Shown one piece after another: positions 59,778 through 64,000 of a stretch of 64,000 nucleotides of DNA (positions are counted from its first letter, which is position 1; each line of letters starts with the position of its first letter). Under the pieces are notes generated by a model. That model did no database searches and was not told where the DNA came from. It was given only the letters and a program-made list of their open reading frames with translations. The DNA is from Bdellovibrionota bacterium. GTDB lineage: Bacteria; Bdellovibrionota; UBA1018; CAIPTA01; JAALKR01. The stretch lies in contig CBDBMJ010000003.1 of assembly GCA_965207455.1 (NCBI GenBank), positions 1 to 64,000 of the forward strand, in the 5' to 3' direction. The translations under genes were made by a program, and so were the position numbers.

Positions 59778-61561
59778 TATACCGAACCCATACCTGTGGA
59801 GAGCTTTCTTTAGATCAAAACAAAGAAAAAGTGATCCTTAGTGGGTGGGTGGATACCCAACGAAACCATGGTGGGCTGATATTTATCGACCTTAGGGATC
59901 GTTACGGTATTACCCAATTGGTCTTTGATCCGGATCAGGGAAAAGAGTTGATGGATCAGGCCGGCAGGGTTCGTAGTGAGTATGTATTGCGAGTGGTGGG
60001 GATGGTACGCAATCGACCTGAAAATATGGTGAATACAAAGATTTCCACGGGTTCGGTGGAAGTGCTTGCTCAGGAGATCACTGTGCTGTCTGCGGCAAAA
60101 ACGCCTCCTTTTGTTATTGAGGATAAGGCAAATGTTAGTGAGGATATTCGTTTGGAGTTTCGGTATTTGGATCTTCGTCGTCCATTTCTACAAAAGATTC
60201 TTCAACTCAAGCACCGTTTTGTCCAGGGTATGCGTAACTACCTTACGGAAAAAGATTTCCTAGAGATAGACACTCCTATTTTATTTAAAAGCACTCCTGA
60301 AGGGGCAAGGGATTATTTGGTGCCGTCCAGGAATTCACAGGGATCTTTTTATGCCCTACCACAGTCTCCCCAGACCCTAAAGCAGCTTCTGATGATCGGT
60401 GGGTTGGATCGTTATTTTCAATTTGCCCATTGTTTTCGAGATGAAGATTTGCGTTCGGACCGTCAGCCGGAGTTTGTCCAGTTGGATTTAGAAATGTCCT
60501 TTGTCAATGAGGAGTCCATCTATGCCTTAGTGGAGGGATTGATGACAGCAGCCTATAAGGAGGCTTCCAATAGTAAGCTCACCCCACCGTTTCCACGGCT
60601 GACGTATAAAACTGCCATGGAGAAATATGGGAATGACAAGCCAGACACTCGTTTTGACTTATTGTTAGAGAACGCCAGTGCTGTGTTTGAAAAGACAGCA
60701 TTCAAGGCATTCTCTTCGGTGTTAGGGGCTGGTGGTAGTATTAAGGGTTTATGTGTAAAGGCTGGCACCGATCTTTCCCGCAAGAATATTGACAATCTCA
60801 CTTCTCTTGTGGCTCGATTTGGAGCCAAGGGTTTAGCTTGGCTAAAAGTAGAGGAGTCTTTAGTTTCTCCCATTGCAAAGTTTCTATCCTCGCAGGAGCA
60901 AAGTGCTTTAGTGAAATGTATGAAAGCAGAAAAAGGGGATTTAATTCTTTTAGTGGCAGACATTGATCCTGAGGTAGTGGATGCATCTTTGGGTAACCTA
61001 CGGGTCCATCTGGGGAAAGAGCGAAATCTAATTAAGGACAATTGTTTTAACTTTCTTTGGGTCACTGACTTTCCTCTTTTTGAATACGACTCTGAAACAA
61101 AAACCTATTCAGCCAAGCACCACCCTTTCACTCAGCCCCATCCCGACGATATAGAGTTATTGAAAAATCAAAAAAATATGGGGGAGATACGTTCCGTGGC
61201 CTATGATCTTGTTTGTAATGGTCATGAAATTGCTGGTGGTAGTTTGCGTATTTACCAATCGGATGTGCAGGAGGCCATGTTCCGAGCCTTGAATGTAACG
61301 AAAAAAGAAGTGGAAGAAAAATTTGGTTTTTTCATACGTGCCCTACAGTACGGAACTCCTCCCCATGGCGGTATTGCCTTTGGTCTTGACCGAAATATCA
61401 TGTTATTGACGGGAGTGAAATCCATTCGAGATGTTATTGCCTTTCCCAAGACTCAGACGGGAGCTTGTTTGATGAGTTCTTGTCCCGACCCGGTAACAGA
61501 TAAACAACTGCGAGAATTATCTATTCGGGTGAGTAAAGAGGATCGTCCCACCCCAAAATAA
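59759..61561 (+). CDS. aspS: Aspartate--tRNA ligase
   Basis: RTHTCGEL, RNHGGLIFIDLRDR, STPEGARDYLVPSR, ALPQSPQ, PPHGGIAFGLDR. Confidence 0.97.
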   Translation: MSKQPLVYRTHTCGELSLDQNKEKVILSGWVDTQRNHGGLIFIDLRDRYGITQLVFDPDQGKELMDQAGRVRSEYVLRVVGMVRNRPENMVNTKISTGSVEVLAQEITVLSAAKTPPFVIEDKANVSEDIRLEFRYLDLRRPFLQKILQLKHRFVQGMRNYLTEKDFLEIDTPILFKSTPEGARDYLVPSRNSQGSFYALPQSPQTLKQLLMIGGLDRYFQFAHCFRDEDLRSDRQPEFVQLDLEMSFVNEESIYALVEGLMTAAYKEASNSKLTPPFPRLTYKTAMEKYGNDKPDTRFDLLLENASAVFEKTAFKAFSSVLGAGGSIKGLCVKAGTDLSRKNIDNLTSLVARFGAKGLAWLKVEESLVSPIAKFLSSQEQSALVKCMKAEKGDLILLVADIDPEVVDASLGNLRVHLGKERNLIKDNCFNFLWVTDFPLFEYDSETKTYSAKHHPFTQPHPDDIELLKNQKNMGEIRSVAYDLVCNGHEIAGGSLRIYQSDVQEAMFRALNVTKKEVEEKFGFFIRALQYGTPPHGGIAFGLDRNIMLLTGVKSIRDVIAFPKTQTGACLMSSCPDPVTDKQLRELSIRVSKEDRPTPK

Positions 61562-62381
61562 TATTATCAATAAGACGGGTTTCGCCCAGAAAAGCAGCCA
61601 GGGCATACACAGCCTTTCCTTTTGTTTCTAGGGGCTTGAGATCGGGATAGGAAAGAATTTCCAGGTATTGGATACGAAAACTTTTTTCTGTTTGGATTTG
61701 CTCCCTGCCCTGTTGGATAATTTCATCCACAGAGTGCTCTCCCTGTGTATAGAGCTTTGCTCCCTCCCTTAGGGTTTTGTATAAAAGAGGTGCTTTTTTT
61801 CTATCTTCGGAGGAAAGGTATTGGTTCCTAGAACTCAGTGCGAGTCCGTCGGACTCCCTCACTGTGGGACAAAACTGTAATTTCACGGGCAACAGAAGGT
61901 CCTTCACCATGCGTTCAATAACGAGGCATTGCTGAATATCTTTTTTTCCAAAGTAGGCGCAGGTGGGTTGGACGAGGGCAAAAAGACGGGCAACAACGGT
62001 GGCCACTCCCTGGAAGTAGGTACTACGAAACTTACCACACAAGGGAGCTGAGACTCCCTCCACTTGAATATAAGAAGAAAAACCAGGGGGATAGATAAGG
62101 GATCTATGGGGGCAAAAAAGTATGGTTAGGTTTTTTTCCCGTAAGCGATTTTTATCTTCCTCCAATGTTCTGGGGTAGACAGAAAAATCTTCGTTTTCTC
62201 CAAATTGTGTGGGGTTTACATAGATGGAAACCACGGTGCACTTGTTTTCTTTTATGGAGGCATCTACCAAAGATTCATGCCCAGGGTGGAGCGCGCCCAT
62301 GGTGGGCACAAAACCAATGCTCCCTTGGCGATAGGGTTTAAGGGCATGGTTTAATTCTTCGAGAGTGGTAACGATCTTCAC
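61521..62381 (-). CDS. panC: Pantoate--beta-alanine ligase
   Basis: GFVPTMGALHPGH, YFGKKDIQQ, RESDGLALSSRN, RLIDN. Confidence 0.96.
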   Translation of the reverse strand: MKIVTTLEELNHALKPYRQGSIGFVPTMGALHPGHESLVDASIKENKCTVVSIYVNPTQFGENEDFSVYPRTLEEDKNRLREKNLTILFCPHRSLIYPPGFSSYIQVEGVSAPLCGKFRSTYFQGVATVVARLFALVQPTCAYFGKKDIQQCLVIERMVKDLLLPVKLQFCPTVRESDGLALSSRNQYLSSEDRKKAPLLYKTLREGAKLYTQGEHSVDEIIQQGREQIQTEKSFRIQYLEILSYPDLKPLETKGKAVYALAAFLGETRLIDNIILGWDDPLYSPE

Positions 62382-63598
62382 TAGCTACTCCAGCGAGTGT
62401 GGGCAATATCCAGTAGCCTTTGAGCAATTTCTTCCTTGGAGGCTTTCGGTAAAAACGTATGGGAAGCATTATTTTCAAAAACATATAGCTCGTTGGTATC
62501 CACATCAAAGCCAATGTCGCTTCTACTCACGTCGTTTAAAGCAATAAAATCCAAGCCCTTTGTTTTTAATTTATCCTGTGCTTTTTCCATTTGCTCTTTT
62601 TTTGTACCCACTTCTGCGGCAAATCCCATAAACACTTGCCCCGGCTTTCGCTTAGCTGTCAAAGAGGAAAGAATATCTTTTGCAGAATTAAGTTCCAGAT
62701 TTAATGTTTCCTTGCGTGGAATTTTTCCTTTCTTTTCATCTTTCATTAAAAAATCGCAGACGGCGGCTGTGCTAAAAATTATATTGGCTTTGGGAAGGGC
62801 GCTAAGGGCTTGGGCTTCCATTTCATCGTTGGTTTCCACTTGAAATGTTTTTCCTTGCTCAAGCTTGGTATAGGCGGAATCTACTGGTCCGGATATTAAG
62901 GTAACATGGGCACCCTGTTTTTCTGCTGCCCTAGCAATCATATAACCCATGCGACCACTGGATCGGTTTGTGAGAAAACGAACCGGGTCCAAATAAGTAC
63001 GAGTGGGACCACTGGTAACTAAAACATGTACTCCCTTTAGGGGTTGTGATTCTAATTTCTCCGCAACCTTTTGGTATATCTCCATGGGTTCTGCCATTTT
63101 ACCCATACCCGTTTCCCCACAAGCTAAGTCTCCACTCACGGGTCCAATTTCTTCAACCTTGCGTGCCCGTAGTTTTTTTCTATTCTCTTGAGTAATGGGT
63201 GCTTCCCACATGCGCACATTCATGGCAGGAGCCATAAAAATAGGTTTCGTGAATGCTAGGGCTTCGGTGAGAAGAGCATCGTCGCAAATTCCATGGGCGA
63301 GCTTTGCCATAAAATTTGCTGTGGCAGGAGCCACCACTAGGGCATCTCCCCATTCACAAAGGTCGATATGGGCAGTGGCAGACAGATCGTAACTCTGTTG
63401 GTCGCCTAGAGAACGAAGCACAGGATTATTGCTCAAGCTCTCCAACGTTAGTGGAGTAACAAATTGCTCTCCCTGCTTGGTTAGTATCACACGCACATTG
63501 GATCCATTTTTTACAAACAAGCGCACAAGCTCACAGGATTTATAGGCAGCAATTCCTCCCGTTATTCCTAAAATAATATTTTTATTAAGCAATGGCAT
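62381..63598 (-). CDS. coaBC: Phosphopantothenoylcysteine decarboxylase / ligase
   Basis: GITGGIAAYK, APATAN, APAMN, LACGETGMG, DPVRFLTNRSSGRMG, GFAAE. Confidence 0.96.
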   Translation of the reverse strand: MPLLNKNIILGITGGIAAYKSCELVRLFVKNGSNVRVILTKQGEQFVTPLTLESLSNNPVLRSLGDQQSYDLSATAHIDLCEWGDALVVAPATANFMAKLAHGICDDALLTEALAFTKPIFMAPAMNVRMWEAPITQENRKKLRARKVEEIGPVSGDLACGETGMGKMAEPMEIYQKVAEKLESQPLKGVHVLVTSGPTRTYLDPVRFLTNRSSGRMGYMIARAAEKQGAHVTLISGPVDSAYTKLEQGKTFQVETNDEMEAQALSALPKANIIFSTAAVCDFLMKDEKKGKIPRKETLNLELNSAKDILSSLTAKRKPGQVFMGFAAEVGTKKEQMEKAQDKLKTKGLDFIALNDVSRSDIGFDVDTNELYVFENNASHTFLPKASKEEIAQRLLDIAHTRWSS

Positions 63599-64000
63599 AC
63601 AAACCCTCTAACGTTAGGTTGGGTTCAAAGTGGGTAACGGACTGAGATGTTCCCTCTAACAGATACCCAAATCCACCTGTGGCAATCACGGGGCAATCCT
63701 GGGGAAAGTTCTTTTCTTTACGAATAGCTTCCACCATACCGTCTACCATAAAAGCAAACCCATGAATGGCTCCACTACTCATGGCAGTTTTCGTATCATG
63801 GCCCACAACGGGAAGTTCTCCCGACGATGGAGTGAGGGCAATGGGTCCAAGGAGTGCGGTTTTTTGTACCAAAGCGTTCATGGAAATTCCCACACCTGGG
63901 CTAATAATACCTCCCATATATGCAAAGCAATTTTCATTTTTCCCAATAATGTCGAAGGTAGTAGCCGTGCCTGCGTCCACAACAATTGCTGGTGCTCCAA
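63585..64000 (-). CDS. coaX: Type III pantothenate kinase, 5' part outside window
   Basis: IVVDAGTATTFD, GGIISPG, ATGG, EPNLTLEGL; upstream of coaBC. Confidence 0.9.
   Translation of the reverse strand, partial: GAPAIVVDAGTATTFDIIGKNENCFAYMGGIISPGVGISMNALVQKTALLGPIALTPSSGELPVVGHDTKTAMSSGAIHGFAFMVDGMVEAIRKEKNFPQDCPVIATGGFGYLLEGTSQSVTHFEPNLTLEGLYAIA

Noticed and set aside
53900..61500. Shift from C-rich to G-rich plus strand as a replication origin
   Set aside because: Judged by eye only, similar patches occur elsewhere, and there is no DnaA-box cluster or dnaA gene.

Overview
Bacterial chromosomal window, possibly from a Bdellovibrionota/deltaproteobacterial-type organism (inferred from gene content only). 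It has three parts. (1) 1-32 kb: after a partial IS4-superfamily transposase comes a four-copy tandem amplicon of [large surface lipoprotein with Ig-like repeats, a PKD-like domain and BspA/DUF285-type 26-aa repeats] - [3' half of ppdK] - [IS1634-like element], ending in the intact ppdK. The ppdK fragments and IS copies are almost identical, but the four lipoprotein genes are extensively reshuffled mosaics. (2) 33.4-40.7 kb: a tRNA-rich accessory region. Three tandem, integrase-less cassettes lie downstream of tRNA-Pro, separated by tRNA-Pro 3'-end copies. Each carries a small secreted-protein gene with a constant leader and variable cargo behind a sigma54-type promoter, and one cassette is interrupted by an IS1202-like element. 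(3) 40.7-64 kb: mostly housekeeping genes (rph, nth, polX, pssA, truA, tig, orn, uvrA, hisS, aspS, panC, coaBC, coaX) plus hypothetical envelope proteins. All calls come from reading the sequence by eye; no database searches were run.
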